Source of the DNA: Faecousia sp.
GTDB taxonomy: Bacteria > Bacillota > Clostridia > Oscillospirales > Oscillospiraceae
Assembly (NCBI GenBank): GCA_045546655.1
Contig: JAZQDH010000070.1
Location: 8,764 to 72,763 of the forward strand
Length of the DNA stretch: 64,000 nucleotides
Direction: 5' to 3'
The notes beneath the pieces were generated by a model. That model searched no databases. It saw nothing but the letters and a program-made list of their open reading frames with translations, and was not told the origin of the DNA. The position numbers and the translations under genes are program-made. Below, piece by piece: positions 39,756-48,813 of the stretch. Each line of letters starts with the position of its first letter. The stretch's first letter is position 1.

Positions 39756-40911
39756 ATTGACCTCCTAGTTTTCTGTATTCGTCCCAGAACGTGGGGTAAG
39801 ATTTTTGAACACATTGCGCGCCAAGGATCGTAACAGTTCCTGCTGCTTTTGTGGCTGCAATGGCAGCGGCCATGGCGATTCTGTGATCATTGGCAGCATC
39901 AATTGTGCAGCTGCGGAATTGTGCCGGAAAAACACGCAAGGTATTATCCGTTGAATGTGTGTGACATCCGAGGTTCTCCAGCATCTGTGCAACCGTGGCG
40001 ACACGGTCGGATTCCTTCAGACGGAGTCTGGAAATATTCGTAAAGGTTGCGCCCTCATTACATGCAGCATATACAGCAAGGATCGGTACCAGATCCGGAA
40101 TGTCTGCACAGTCAAGATCCACGAAGTGCCGCAGCACGTCCATAAGCGAATACACCGCACGGTCACCCTGGACCGAGGACATATCCAGTCCTCTTACCTG
40201 CACCGGATTGCCAAGAGCACCGGCGGTAATGAAGAAAGCTGCATTGCTCCAATCGCCCTCAACCGCAATAACCTTCGGTGATGTAAAAGGAACGCCTTGC
40301 TCCGCGCAAAAAATATCCAAAACCTTGTTGGTAAGGGCGATATAGGGCGCGGATTCAACTTTTCCGGTTATGGTCAAAGTGCATTTGCCGGGAATCAGCG
40401 CGGATGCAAACAGCAGGCCGGTAATATACTGGCTGGAAACGCTACCGGAAATCACATATTCGCCAGGTTTTAGTTTCCCCTGGCAGGCAATTGTATCGCA
40501 AGCAGGTCGGCTGAGGGCACATCCCATCCGCTCCATTTCTTCCCAAAGGGGAGAAAGGGGACGTTGAGATAGTCTGCCCTCCAAATGAAACGTGGCACTA
40601 ACACCCATTGCGCCCGCAACGGGTAGCAGGAAACGCAGTGTCGAACCGCTTTCTCCACAGTAGAGGTCTGCCGTTTCCGGAAAATGGGTGATGGGACGTA
40701 CCAGATATCCGTTTTCAGTTCGTTGGATATTCGCGCCCAGAGCACGCAGGCAGCGGGCGGTTGCTTCGATGTCCTGGTTTGACTCCGGGCACAGGATCTC
40801 TGTCTCGGTGTCTGAGAATGCGGCGCAGATCAAAATCCGATGTGCCATTGATTTGGACGGTATGGCTTCAACACAACCGTTTAGTTTAGATGGGGTGATG
40901 ACAATGTCCAT
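39736..40911 (-). CDS. aroA: EPSP synthase
   Basis: SKSMAHR, ESGSTLRF, SSQY, LRLKESDR, DHRIAM, KSYP. Confidence 0.95.
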   Translation of the reverse strand: MDIVITPSKLNGCVEAIPSKSMAHRILICAAFSDTETEILCPESNQDIEATARCLRALGANIQRTENGYLVRPITHFPETADLYCGESGSTLRFLLPVAGAMGVSATFHLEGRLSQRPLSPLWEEMERMGCALSRPACDTIACQGKLKPGEYVISGSVSSQYITGLLFASALIPGKCTLTITGKVESAPYIALTNKVLDIFCAEQGVPFTSPKVIAVEGDWSNAAFFITAGALGNPVQVRGLDMSSVQGDRAVYSLMDVLRHFVDLDCADIPDLVPILAVYAACNEGATFTNISRLRLKESDRVATVAQMLENLGCHTHSTDNTLRVFPAQFRSCTIDAANDHRIAMAAAIAATKAAGTVTILGAQCVQKSYPTFWDEYRKLGGQYEQYIR

Positions 40912-41963
40912 TATAAACCTGCCTTAATAAAAGCTTCCAATTGGTCCAGCGGGGTAGACTGGATGACGCAAGAGCCAATTTTGCGGGGAAGGATCAGATT
41001 CACCGCTTTACCGGAGCGTCTTTTGTCATTTAGCGAAGCGCTGAATAGCTGTTCGGCAGTAATTTCTGTACGTACAGGCAGGCCGAACTGGTGCAGAACA
41101 CTGCACAATGCTTCATACAGTCCTGCCTCACAAATACCAGCCGCTTCGCTGGCCTTTGTAATCATAGCCATACCAATGGCCACAGCCTTTCCGTGAGAAA
41201 TGGTGTAATTACTGTGAGTCTCTATGCCGTGTCCCAGGGTATGACCCAGATTTAGTTTCTGGCGGCTTCCCGTATCAAATTCATCCTCAGCAACCACGTT
41301 TCGTTTAAGAGCCACACAGGTGGCAATCACAAACTCCCGGTCAAAGGAAGGGCCGCGCTCCATAAGGTGGGACATAAGCCCCGGACTATACAACACAGCG
41401 TACTTAATGACCTCAGCGCAGCCGTCTGTAAAAATATCCCTCGGCAGAGTATCCAGTGTTGAGGTGTCGCAAAGGACCAGTGCAGGCTGATAGAATGCGC
41501 CTGCCAGGTTTTTTCCGGCAGGAAGATCGATTGCGGTTTTCCCTCCGACAGATGAATCTACCATAGCAAGTAATGTGGTTGGGATCTGAATGTAAGTGAT
41601 TCCACGCAAATAGGTAGCGGCTGCAAAGCCGGTCACATCACCAACAACACCGCCGCCGAGTGCAATCAGAAGATCGGAACGGGTGATTTGCTCTTCGGAC
41701 AGGAAATTCAGAATATTTAGATAGGTTTCGGGATTCTTGCTGGCCTCGCCTGCTTTGAATACAAAGTTGATAACACGATAACCGAATCTCGCAAGACAAT
41801 CGGTAATCCTGCTGCCATATAACGGCCAGACGTTGTCATCGCTTATGATCGCAACTGCAGCATTCTCCCGAACGGAGCTAACAAATGTATCGATTTTATC
41901 CAGCAGGGAAGTACCGATGATCACATCATAATCTCTGGATGCTTTAACCGTGATCCGATTCAT
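40911..41963 (-). CDS. aroB: 3-dehydroquinate synthase
   Basis: GGGVVGD, PTTLLAMVDSSVGGKT, NLGHTLGH. Confidence 0.96.
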   Translation of the reverse strand: MNRITVKASRDYDVIIGTSLLDKIDTFVSSVRENAAVAIISDDNVWPLYGSRITDCLARFGYRVINFVFKAGEASKNPETYLNILNFLSEEQITRSDLLIALGGGVVGDVTGFAAATYLRGITYIQIPTTLLAMVDSSVGGKTAIDLPAGKNLAGAFYQPALVLCDTSTLDTLPRDIFTDGCAEVIKYAVLYSPGLMSHLMERGPSFDREFVIATCVALKRNVVAEDEFDTGSRQKLNLGHTLGHGIETHSNYTISHGKAVAIGMAMITKASEAAGICEAGLYEALCSVLHQFGLPVRTEITAEQLFSASLNDKRRSGKAVNLILPRKIGSCVIQSTPLDQLEAFIKAGL

Positions 41964-42790
41964 CCGTCAACCTCCTCTTTGATCCTGCGGCCTTCGTCCA
42001 GAAGCGCAATGAGCTGCTGCTCGTCATCTGCTTCGATAGCATTGCGGTACTGCTGCAGGCTGCTGATATAATACTCCAGTTCCTTCATAATGTTTTCTTT
42101 GTTCGACAGAAATAACTCAGCCCACATAGTGGGGTTCAGCCACGCCACTCTTGTAAGATCCTTGTAGCTGCCGGCGGAAAAGCCTTTATGGCTTTGCGCT
42201 GTGGGGGATTTAACGTATGCATTGGAGACAATATGAGGCATTTGTGAGGTGAATGCGATCATTCTGTCATGTTCCTGTGCAGTGGTAATGGAAAAAGAAC
42301 CGAACTTACAGGGCGCAAGAAGGTCCTCAACCCACTGGAACAATTCCGGGTCATCAAATCTGGGCGGTACGATCACCATCGGTGCGCCCTGGAACAGATT
42401 GGAGCGGCTATATTTGAAACCGGAATAATGCGAACCAGCCATTGGATGGCCGCCTACAAATGTGAATCCATACTTTTCCGCCAATGGGAAACAGCGGTTA
42501 CAGATCTCCTCCTTGATGCCGCAGCAATCAATTACCAGTGTGTCCGGGCGGACAAACTGCCCATTCTGCTCCAGCCATTGGGCGCTGCCGCCGGCGTAAA
42601 TAGAGAGAATGATCAAGTCACAGCTGGAGATGTTATCGGGTGTCATTTCCAGCTGGACCACACCGGCCAATTGAGCGAAGGACAAAATGCTGTCATCTTT
42701 TTCACAGCAAAGGATTGTATGACCGGCCTTTGCGTACGCACGGGCCATTGAGCCGCCGATCAGACCCAGACCGAGAATTCCCACATTCAT
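41960..42790 (-). CDS. tyrA: Prephenate dehydrogenase
   Basis: GLGLIGGS, GGHPMAG, HD, DLTRVA. Confidence 0.92.
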   Translation of the reverse strand: MNVGILGLGLIGGSMARAYAKAGHTILCCEKDDSILSFAQLAGVVQLEMTPDNISSCDLIILSIYAGGSAQWLEQNGQFVRPDTLVIDCCGIKEEICNRCFPLAEKYGFTFVGGHPMAGSHYSGFKYSRSNLFQGAPMVIVPPRFDDPELFQWVEDLLAPCKFGSFSITTAQEHDRMIAFTSQMPHIVSNAYVKSPTAQSHKGFSAGSYKDLTRVAWLNPTMWAELFLSNKENIMKELEYYISSLQQYRNAIEADDEQQLIALLDEGRRIKEEVDG

Positions 42791-43788
42791 TGGATTGCCT
42801 CCCGGACCAATCTGACCTTTTCGTTCAGTTTGGCGAACTGTTCCGGTGTCATTGACTGGGCACCGTCACACAGGGCGCAGGCAGGGTTGTTGTGGACCTC
42901 GACCATAATACCGTCGGCACCGGCTGCAGCCGCTGCGACAGCCATCGGGGGAACCAGAGAGGCCTTGCCCGTTGCGTGGCTGGGGTCTACCACAACGGGC
43001 AGGTGAGACAGTTCGTGCAGTACCGGAATGGCAGACAGATCCAGCGTGTTGCGCGTGTATGTCTCGTAGGTGCGAATGCCACGTTCACAGAGGATGATGT
43101 TTTCGTTGCCCTCGCTCATAATGTATTCGGCACTCATAAGCAGCTCCTGCAGTGTATTGGCCAGACCCCGCTTTAGCAGGATGGGCTTCTTCGTTTTTCC
43201 CAGTTCTTGAAGAAGATCAAAGTTCTGCATATTTCTGGCGCCAACCTGAATGATATCCACATCCTTAAACAGCTCCAGAGTCCGGATATTCATAATTTCC
43301 GTAATAATAGGCATACCTGTAACGCGCTTGGCTTCCAGCAGCATTTTTATACCTTCGTCTTTAAGACCCTGGAAGGCATACGGAGAGGTACGGGGTTTAA
43401 AAGCACCGCCCCGGAGGATATCTGCACCGGAATTTTTTACAGCAGTGGCGACTGTGACGATCTGCTCATAGCTTTCAACAGAGCAGGGACCTGCTATCAT
43501 AGCAAAATTACCACCGCCGATTTTGACATCACCAACCTGGATAATGGAATCGTTGGGATGGAATTTGCGATTGGCCTGCTTAAAGGGCTCGCTGACCCGC
43601 TTGACGCTGCTCACAATCTCCAAACTGCTCAGCAGGTCGATGTCAACGCGGCTTGTGTCACCAACCAGGCCTAGAATGGTGATTTCCTGTCCCTCTGATT
43701 TGTGAACTTCCAGACCCATATGCTCGAGCCATTTAATTAGGTGCTGTGTTTGGTCAGGTGTTGTTCCATGTTTTAATACTGCTATCAT
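42787..43788 (-). CDS. aroF: DAHP synthase (class I-beta, N-terminal regulatory domain)
   Basis: IAGPCSVES, KPRTSPY, GARNMQN, LKRG, CERG, DPSH; ATG 43788 with AGGAG RBS. Confidence 0.95.
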   Translation of the reverse strand: MIAVLKHGTTPDQTQHLIKWLEHMGLEVHKSEGQEITILGLVGDTSRVDIDLLSSLEIVSSVKRVSEPFKQANRKFHPNDSIIQVGDVKIGGGNFAMIAGPCSVESYEQIVTVATAVKNSGADILRGGAFKPRTSPYAFQGLKDEGIKMLLEAKRVTGMPIITEIMNIRTLELFKDVDIIQVGARNMQNFDLLQELGKTKKPILLKRGLANTLQELLMSAEYIMSEGNENIILCERGIRTYETYTRNTLDLSAIPVLHELSHLPVVVDPSHATGKASLVPPMAVAAAAAGADGIMVEVHNNPACALCDGAQSMTPEQFAKLNEKVRLVREAIQ

Positions 43789-43801
43789 AAAGACATCTCC
43801 T

Positions 43802-43837
43802 AAAAAAGCACCGCACAGATGCGATTCTGTGCGGTAC
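43802..43837 (-). terminator. Attenuator terminator (3:4 hairpin) in the aroF leader
   Basis: Minus strand GTACCGCACAGA-ATCGCA-TCTGTGCGGTGC-TTTTTT, directly before the aroF RBS. Confidence 0.88.
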
Positions 43838-43879
43838 ATAAAATTGCAAGTATTGTAATATCTGCAGCACAAATCGCTA

Positions 43880-43942
43880 TTACTTTAAGGAAAAAAAGTA
43901 ATAGTAGTTATAAAAAAACAGTGCTGCGTTCATGGTGTTCAT
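43880..43942 (-). CDS. Phe/Tyr-rich attenuator leader peptide MNTMNAALFFYNYYYFFSLK
   Basis: GGAGG RBS at 43949-43953; 4 Phe and 4 Tyr in 9 consecutive codons; lies between the promoter and a terminator upstream of the aro operon. Confidence 0.88.
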   Translation of the reverse strand: MNTMNAALFFYNYYYFFSLK

Positions 43943-43975
43943 AAAGAACCTCCAATATAGGTTTCTTATAGGGAA

Positions 43976-44004
43976 AATATACCACGCTAAAATACATTTT
44001 GCAA
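43976..44004 (-). promoter_or_regulatory. SigA promoter of the aro leader
   Basis: TTGCAA-17 nt-TATATT with an extended -10 TG. Confidence 0.75.
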
Positions 44005-44022
44005 GTAGTTTTTTTAAAAATA

Positions 44023-44049
44023 TGCGGCAGCCGCTAAGCGGCTGCCGCA
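44023..44049 (-). terminator. Terminator hairpin after the kinase gene
   Basis: TGCGGCAGCCGC-TAA-GCGGCTGCCGCA. Confidence 0.75.
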
Positions 44050-44053
44050 GCTA

Positions 44054-47000
44054 CTATACCATTGTGAAATTCTCAGTGTGTACAATTGCTCCGTTGAAAT
44101 AAATGCTTATAACATAATCGCCTTGTGCAGAAGGGAGTCTGGGAATATCGATTTCGCCGTTGCTGTTGTACCACATAGAGTTCCATGTGTTGGTTACGCA
44201 ATCAACGCTTACAGGGTTGCCGTTGGCATCGCTAATCGCAATCATGGTGGTAATGCGGTCCAGAGACCTGCCATAGGACTTGTTGATGCGCATTGTGAAG
44301 GAGGCTCGTTCGCCGATAGAATAGGAAGTTCTGTAATCTTCATCGTAAACATCGTAGAAGTTCCAGCCATATTCATCGGGTGTTTTGCACATCCGGAATG
44401 TAATGTCATCTGCGGTAACCTGCCGGTTGCTATAATTACAGGAGAACACAGGTGCTTCCGGAGTCGTGAAGGTGGCGGGCAAGCCCAGGAACTGGGTTCC
44501 ATTTAAATCTCTGAAAGAGAAACTGTGGACCATATTAGGGAGTAGGTTATTAAGGACAACCTGGTTTTCCGTGCAGATGGCAGGAGGATAAACCTCAGCG
44601 CCGTTTGCCAAAATATCTACGATCCAGCCCTCTTGGTGAGGTTCGGAATTGGCGTTCCAAGACAGTACCAGCTGATTGGGGATGCTGTCATCAAAGGTGA
44701 AATCGGAGAGCGTGACAGAATTTTCCGCCACAATCGCCCGCTGGCTCACACTCATACCCTCGGCGATTACTTCAACCGTGTAGGATGCGGTGTGATCCAG
44801 ACCTTCAAAACGGATGATTTCCTCTTCGGTTACCAGAGATTCACTGTAATTCTCGCCGGTGCAACGAACGATCCAGTTGTTGACAGATACATCATCCGGT
44901 GAGGACCAGGATGCAGTAAGCACGCCGTCAGCACAGGAGAGAATTGTCAGGTTTTGCGCATACACCAGATTTTTTGCTCTGTGTACCAATTGGTCGGTTC
45001 CTGTGATATACAGATCTTCCTGGGGAATCAACGTAAAGGTATAATCCTTACCAACAGTCAGTCCGTTCAAAACCACAGTGTGTCCGGTAAAGGACGCAAG
45101 CGCTGTGTCTTCGCCGTCTGTCCCGTAGGAAACGCTCCATTTTTCGCTGTCAGGCCCTTCAATCGTAAAACTAAGGATTGCACTTCCGTTCTCGGAACCG
45201 GTAACAGCATTGAACTGCACAATATTTGTCTGAATGGGTGTAGAGTAGGTGGTTGTGGTATTTCCGGTAAGATCATGGAAACCGCTGATCTCAATGCTTA
45301 CGGTATACGCGGTGTTGGGAAGCAGATTTTCAAAGTGCGCTTGACCGTCCACAACAGCAGCGGGTATCTTATTGCCGTGGGGGTCTGCGCACACAACACT
45401 CAGCAAGCGCTGGTCTGCGGCCGTATCCACACGCACAACCAGTTTGTCCTCACTGCCGCTAACACTTACAGAATCAATGTTCTGCAAATAGTAGTTCTGG
45501 TAGTAATAATAACCACCGCCCAACAGGACCGCAAGTATAAGGAGCACAATAAGAATACGCAGCCATACAGGCGTTTTCTTGGCAGATTTATTGCTGCTGA
45601 CAGACTCGGGATCTTCTTCTGCATTTCCGGAAACTGCAGGGTCCTCTGCTTGTGTTTGCGTGTCAGCATCCAGGACGAACTGTTCCTGATCCGGGATCTC
45701 GCTGGAAGACACGTCCTGCTGTTTTTCTTCAGTGGGCTGGGTGTCTTCAGAAAGCTCATCATCTAAAACTACAGGTTCGGGCACAGGGACCTCAATGGGG
45801 TCGGGAGGGATAACTGATTCCGGAACAGGGTGCGAAACCAGTTCATCTGCCAGTGCCAGAATATCGGAGACCTCATCGGTCACCTCCACGTCGTTAATAT
45901 CGGATATGTCCTGAATATAGTCATCGTCCAGGAAAGAGAGGTTGATGTACTCGTCGGAATCTTCATCTGCCTCCACATCGACATCGTCGGAAATGACGGA
46001 ACCGTGCTGTGTTTCAGGGCTGTCATCGGGTTCAAGTGTCTGCACCGGTTCCGCATCCACAATTACAACCACAGCTTCTTGCACCGGATTAAGATTAAGC
46101 GTCCCGTCTTCCGCGGTGTCACCGCTCTGGGACAGAGGATTCCCCAGAATCACAGTGTCATCGGAAGCCTGTACGGCATTTTCAGAAACGACCTCAGCGG
46201 CATCATTGGTATGATCGGGCACTGTATCCTGGATAATGGGTGCTGCAGGTATAATGGGAACATCATTTGCACCGTTGCGCTGCATATAGGAAACCAGTGC
46301 CTGCCCCATCTGTACGGGATCTTCCCATCTCTGGGCCGGGTCAATTGCGATTGCCTTCAGAATGATCTCAGACATCTCGTAATCCGCGTACTCGGGGGGA
46401 TTGATAACGCCGTTCTCTGGGGGTGCGGGGAGAACACCGTTGTTGTACACCTGGTACAAGATCATACCCAAAGCATAAGTATCTAAGGTGGTGTTCAATG
46501 CGGAGAATGCATCGGAGATTTCTGGTGCGGTGTACTCGCTGTGATATCTGTCCGGTAAGGATGCATACTTTAGTGAACCGAGATCAAGGAAGCCTAGATC
46601 ACCGATATAGAAACTCTTATCATTGGTGACATAGATGTTATTGGGTTTTAGGTCCACATACAAGTATCCGGAATTTCTGCAAACGGTAAGTGCCGCACAA
46701 ATGTCCAAACCCAGGTTGACTGCGTCCAAATGGGACAAAGGCGCGCGCATAAACTGCCTGGTAAGCGTACGGCGGTAGGGGCTCAGTAAGTAGACATCAT
46801 AACCGCTGCCATCCTCTTTGCGCTCACACTGGAAGCTGCGATAGGGAAGAAAACCTTCCAGATGGGAAAGCTTGTCCAGGAACTGAGCCTCGTTTATTAC
46901 CTCATCAGCAATTTCTTTAAAATATGCCAGTGCGGCATCCAGGCTGGAATAGGCGCCAGTCAGCAAAAGCGCGTCAAGCTGTGTTTGAGATGCGGGGACG

Positions 47001-47137
47001 GAAACGACCTTGATGATGTATTTGCCATCAAAATCATTTTCCATGGCGGGATAGCAGCGTACGCCGTGGTGGGAACTGATAGCACCACCGACCGCAAAAT
47101 TGTCGAGCATTGGCGAGATCTGTTTCAGGTCTGACAA
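44054..47137 (-). CDS. Membrane Ser/Thr-kinase-like protein: degenerate kinase domain, acidic linker, TM helix, FN3-like ectodomain
   Basis: IIK, YVDLKPNN, GDLG, YTAPE, DTYALG and DPAQR subdomain motifs; TM near aa 525-545; LLPNTAYTVSI and GLTVGKDYTFTL are FN3-like. TTG start with GGAGG. Confidence 0.82.
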   Translation of the reverse strand: MSDLKQISPMLDNFAVGGAISSHHGVRCYPAMENDFDGKYIIKVVSVPASQTQLDALLLTGAYSSLDAALAYFKEIADEVINEAQFLDKLSHLEGFLPYRSFQCERKEDGSGYDVYLLSPYRRTLTRQFMRAPLSHLDAVNLGLDICAALTVCRNSGYLYVDLKPNNIYVTNDKSFYIGDLGFLDLGSLKYASLPDRYHSEYTAPEISDAFSALNTTLDTYALGMILYQVYNNGVLPAPPENGVINPPEYADYEMSEIILKAIAIDPAQRWEDPVQMGQALVSYMQRNGANDVPIIPAAPIIQDTVPDHTNDAAEVVSENAVQASDDTVILGNPLSQSGDTAEDGTLNLNPVQEAVVVIVDAEPVQTLEPDDSPETQHGSVISDDVDVEADEDSDEYINLSFLDDDYIQDISDINDVEVTDEVSDILALADELVSHPVPESVIPPDPIEVPVPEPVVLDDELSEDTQPTEEKQQDVSSSEIPDQEQFVLDADTQTQAEDPAVSGNAEEDPESVSSNKSAKKTPVWLRILIVLLILAVLLGGGYYYYQNYYLQNIDSVSVSGSEDKLVVRVDTAADQRLLSVVCADPHGNKIPAAVVDGQAHFENLLPNTAYTVSIEISGFHDLTGNTTTTYSTPIQTNIVQFNAVTGSENGSAILSFTIEGPDSEKWSVSYGTDGEDTALASFTGHTVVLNGLTVGKDYTFTLIPQEDLYITGTDQLVHRAKNLVYAQNLTILSCADGVLTASWSSPDDVSVNNWIVRCTGENYSESLVTEEEIIRFEGLDHTASYTVEVIAEGMSVSQRAIVAENSVTLSDFTFDDSIPNQLVLSWNANSEPHQEGWIVDILANGAEVYPPAICTENQVVLNNLLPNMVHSFSFRDLNGTQFLGLPATFTTPEAPVFSCNYSNRQVTADDITFRMCKTPDEYGWNFYDVYDEDYRTSYSIGERASFTMRINKSYGRSLDRITTMIAISDANGNPVSVDCVTNTWNSMWYNSNGEIDIPRLPSAQGDYVISIYFNGAIVHTENFTMV

Positions 47138-47282
47138 AAAAATCGCCTCCTTTTCTTTCTTTTATATCATATGATAAAAACAATAAAAAAGCAACAGCTT
47201 TATGGTTGTTTTATTCCTCAAGAAATGTTATAATCAAACTGTAAGTCCACTGCACATATGTGCAAAACGAGGAGGAAAGACA

Positions 47283-48308
47283 ATGAGTAAGATTATTTGC
47301 GAGGTTTGCGGCACAACTTACCCGGAAACGGCAACACAGTGTCCGATTTGCGGATGTGTTCGTCCGGTGGGCTCTCAGGGTGCTGCCAACGATGTACATA
47401 GCAGGAACTCTGGTTCCACATACCAGTATACGAAAGGCGGCAGATTTTCTAAGAAAAACGTAAAAAAGCGCAATTATGCCGCGCAGGTGCCAATCTCTAA
47501 CACCACCGCAAACAAAATTGCAAAGAAGCAGTCCGGCGATAAAACTACAAAGGGGCTTGTGATCACTGCGATCGTGCTGGTTCTTGCAATTGTTGCAGTA
47601 GCTGCATACATCTGCCTGAAATTCTTCGCACCTGATTTTTTGGATGATCCGCAGCAACTGCTGCCCCAGGATACCAATGCGGCCGTGGATTCTGAGCCTA
47701 CAACGCTGCCCCAGGCGCAGATCATCAGCTGTACGGCGGTTTCTCTGGACGTGAATCAGGTGATCCTTTCGACATTGGGTGAGGCCAGGGTTTTGAATGT
47801 TACCACAGAACCTTCAGACACCACTGATGTGCTCTCTTTTACTTCTGATAACGAGGAGGTTGCCACGGTTACTTCCAATGGTAAGATAACAGCCGTTGGT
47901 CCCGGAAGAGCCAATATTACAGTCACCTGCGGAGAGGTTAGTGCCAGCTGCATTGTCGAATGTACGTATGTACCCGAGGAAGAGACCACCGCGCCTACAA
48001 CAGAGGCCACTGTTCCGGAAGAAGAATTTATGCTGAATCGTTCGGATATTACCTTCAGCAAGCAAGGGGAAAGCTGGGTAGTCTATAGCGGCAAAATTGC
48101 CAAGACTGATATCATATGGTCGACGAATAATTCAAATGTGGCAACAATTGATAATGGTAAGGTTGTCGCGGTTGGCGGAGGTACGACTAAGATCCACGCT
48201 GAGTACAACGGAACGAAGGTTAGCTGCATTATCCGCTGCAACTTCACCTCCGGCAGTGAAAATCAAGGCGTCAGCGGCAACGGCGGTGTTTCTGAAGATG
48301 GCGGTTGA
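47283..48308 (+). CDS. Single-pass membrane protein with an N-terminal zinc ribbon and two Ig-like (Big_2-type) domains
   Basis: CEVC..CPIC, basic linker, TM helix, FTSDNEEVATVTSNGKITAVGPG and WSTNNSNVATIDNGKVVAVGGG. Confidence 0.82.
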   Translation: MSKIICEVCGTTYPETATQCPICGCVRPVGSQGAANDVHSRNSGSTYQYTKGGRFSKKNVKKRNYAAQVPISNTTANKIAKKQSGDKTTKGLVITAIVLVLAIVAVAAYICLKFFAPDFLDDPQQLLPQDTNAAVDSEPTTLPQAQIISCTAVSLDVNQVILSTLGEARVLNVTTEPSDTTDVLSFTSDNEEVATVTSNGKITAVGPGRANITVTCGEVSASCIVECTYVPEEETTAPTTEATVPEEEFMLNRSDITFSKQGESWVVYSGKIAKTDIIWSTNNSNVATIDNGKVVAVGGGTTKIHAEYNGTKVSCIIRCNFTSGSENQGVSGNGGVSEDGG

Positions 48309-48419
48309 GTCCCGTCCGCACATTTTCAGATAAGGCAGCTGATACAACAAGCATTACAGAAAACTACGACGGAAAGCGCTAAACCTGTTGTAGGTGTCTG
48401 TAGCTGATTCATAAGGATT

Positions 48420-48453
48420 AACGGCAGCATCCGTATCTGGATGCTGCCGTTTT
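48420..48453. terminator. Bidirectional terminator
   Basis: AACGGCAGCATCC / GGATGCTGCCGTTTT. Confidence 0.82.
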
Positions 48454-48455
48454 AC

Positions 48456-48662
48456 TTATTCGCCATCGACACAGGGGCGGTTTTTGCGGAACAGAAGGGT
48501 GATGCACCACAGACCCGCCAGGCCCACCAAACCGTAGATGATACGGCTTAAAACCGCTGTCTGACCGCCAAAGATCCAGGCAACCAGGTCAAATTTGAAC
48601 AATGCGACCAGTCCCCAGTTCAAAGAACCGACAATAGAAAGGATCAATGCCAATGTATCCAT
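48456..48662 (-). CDS. DUF378 (YuzA-like) small membrane protein
   Basis: IVGSLNWGL..FDLVAWIFG..RIIYGLVGLAG; SigF/G-like GAATA-N17-CATTAT upstream (48695-48722). Confidence 0.9.
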   Translation of the reverse strand: MDTLALILSIVGSLNWGLVALFKFDLVAWIFGGQTAVLSRIIYGLVGLAGLWCITLLFRKNRPCVDGE

Positions 48663-48813
48663 AATGAAACCTCCAATATATTTCGGATATTGCTATAATG
48701 TCCATAATCGTAGGTTCTATTCTTATTCCTGGGAAATATGATTGCAATTCAGCAAAACATTCGTTATAATGGTGCAATAAAATTCATGATTGAAAATCGG
48801 AGGGATTTGTTCA

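Noticed and set aside
43790-43960. T-box upstream of aroF
   Set aside because: No GGTGG(A/T)ACC(A/G)CG T-box sequence or stem I motifs; the leader-peptide model explains the region.
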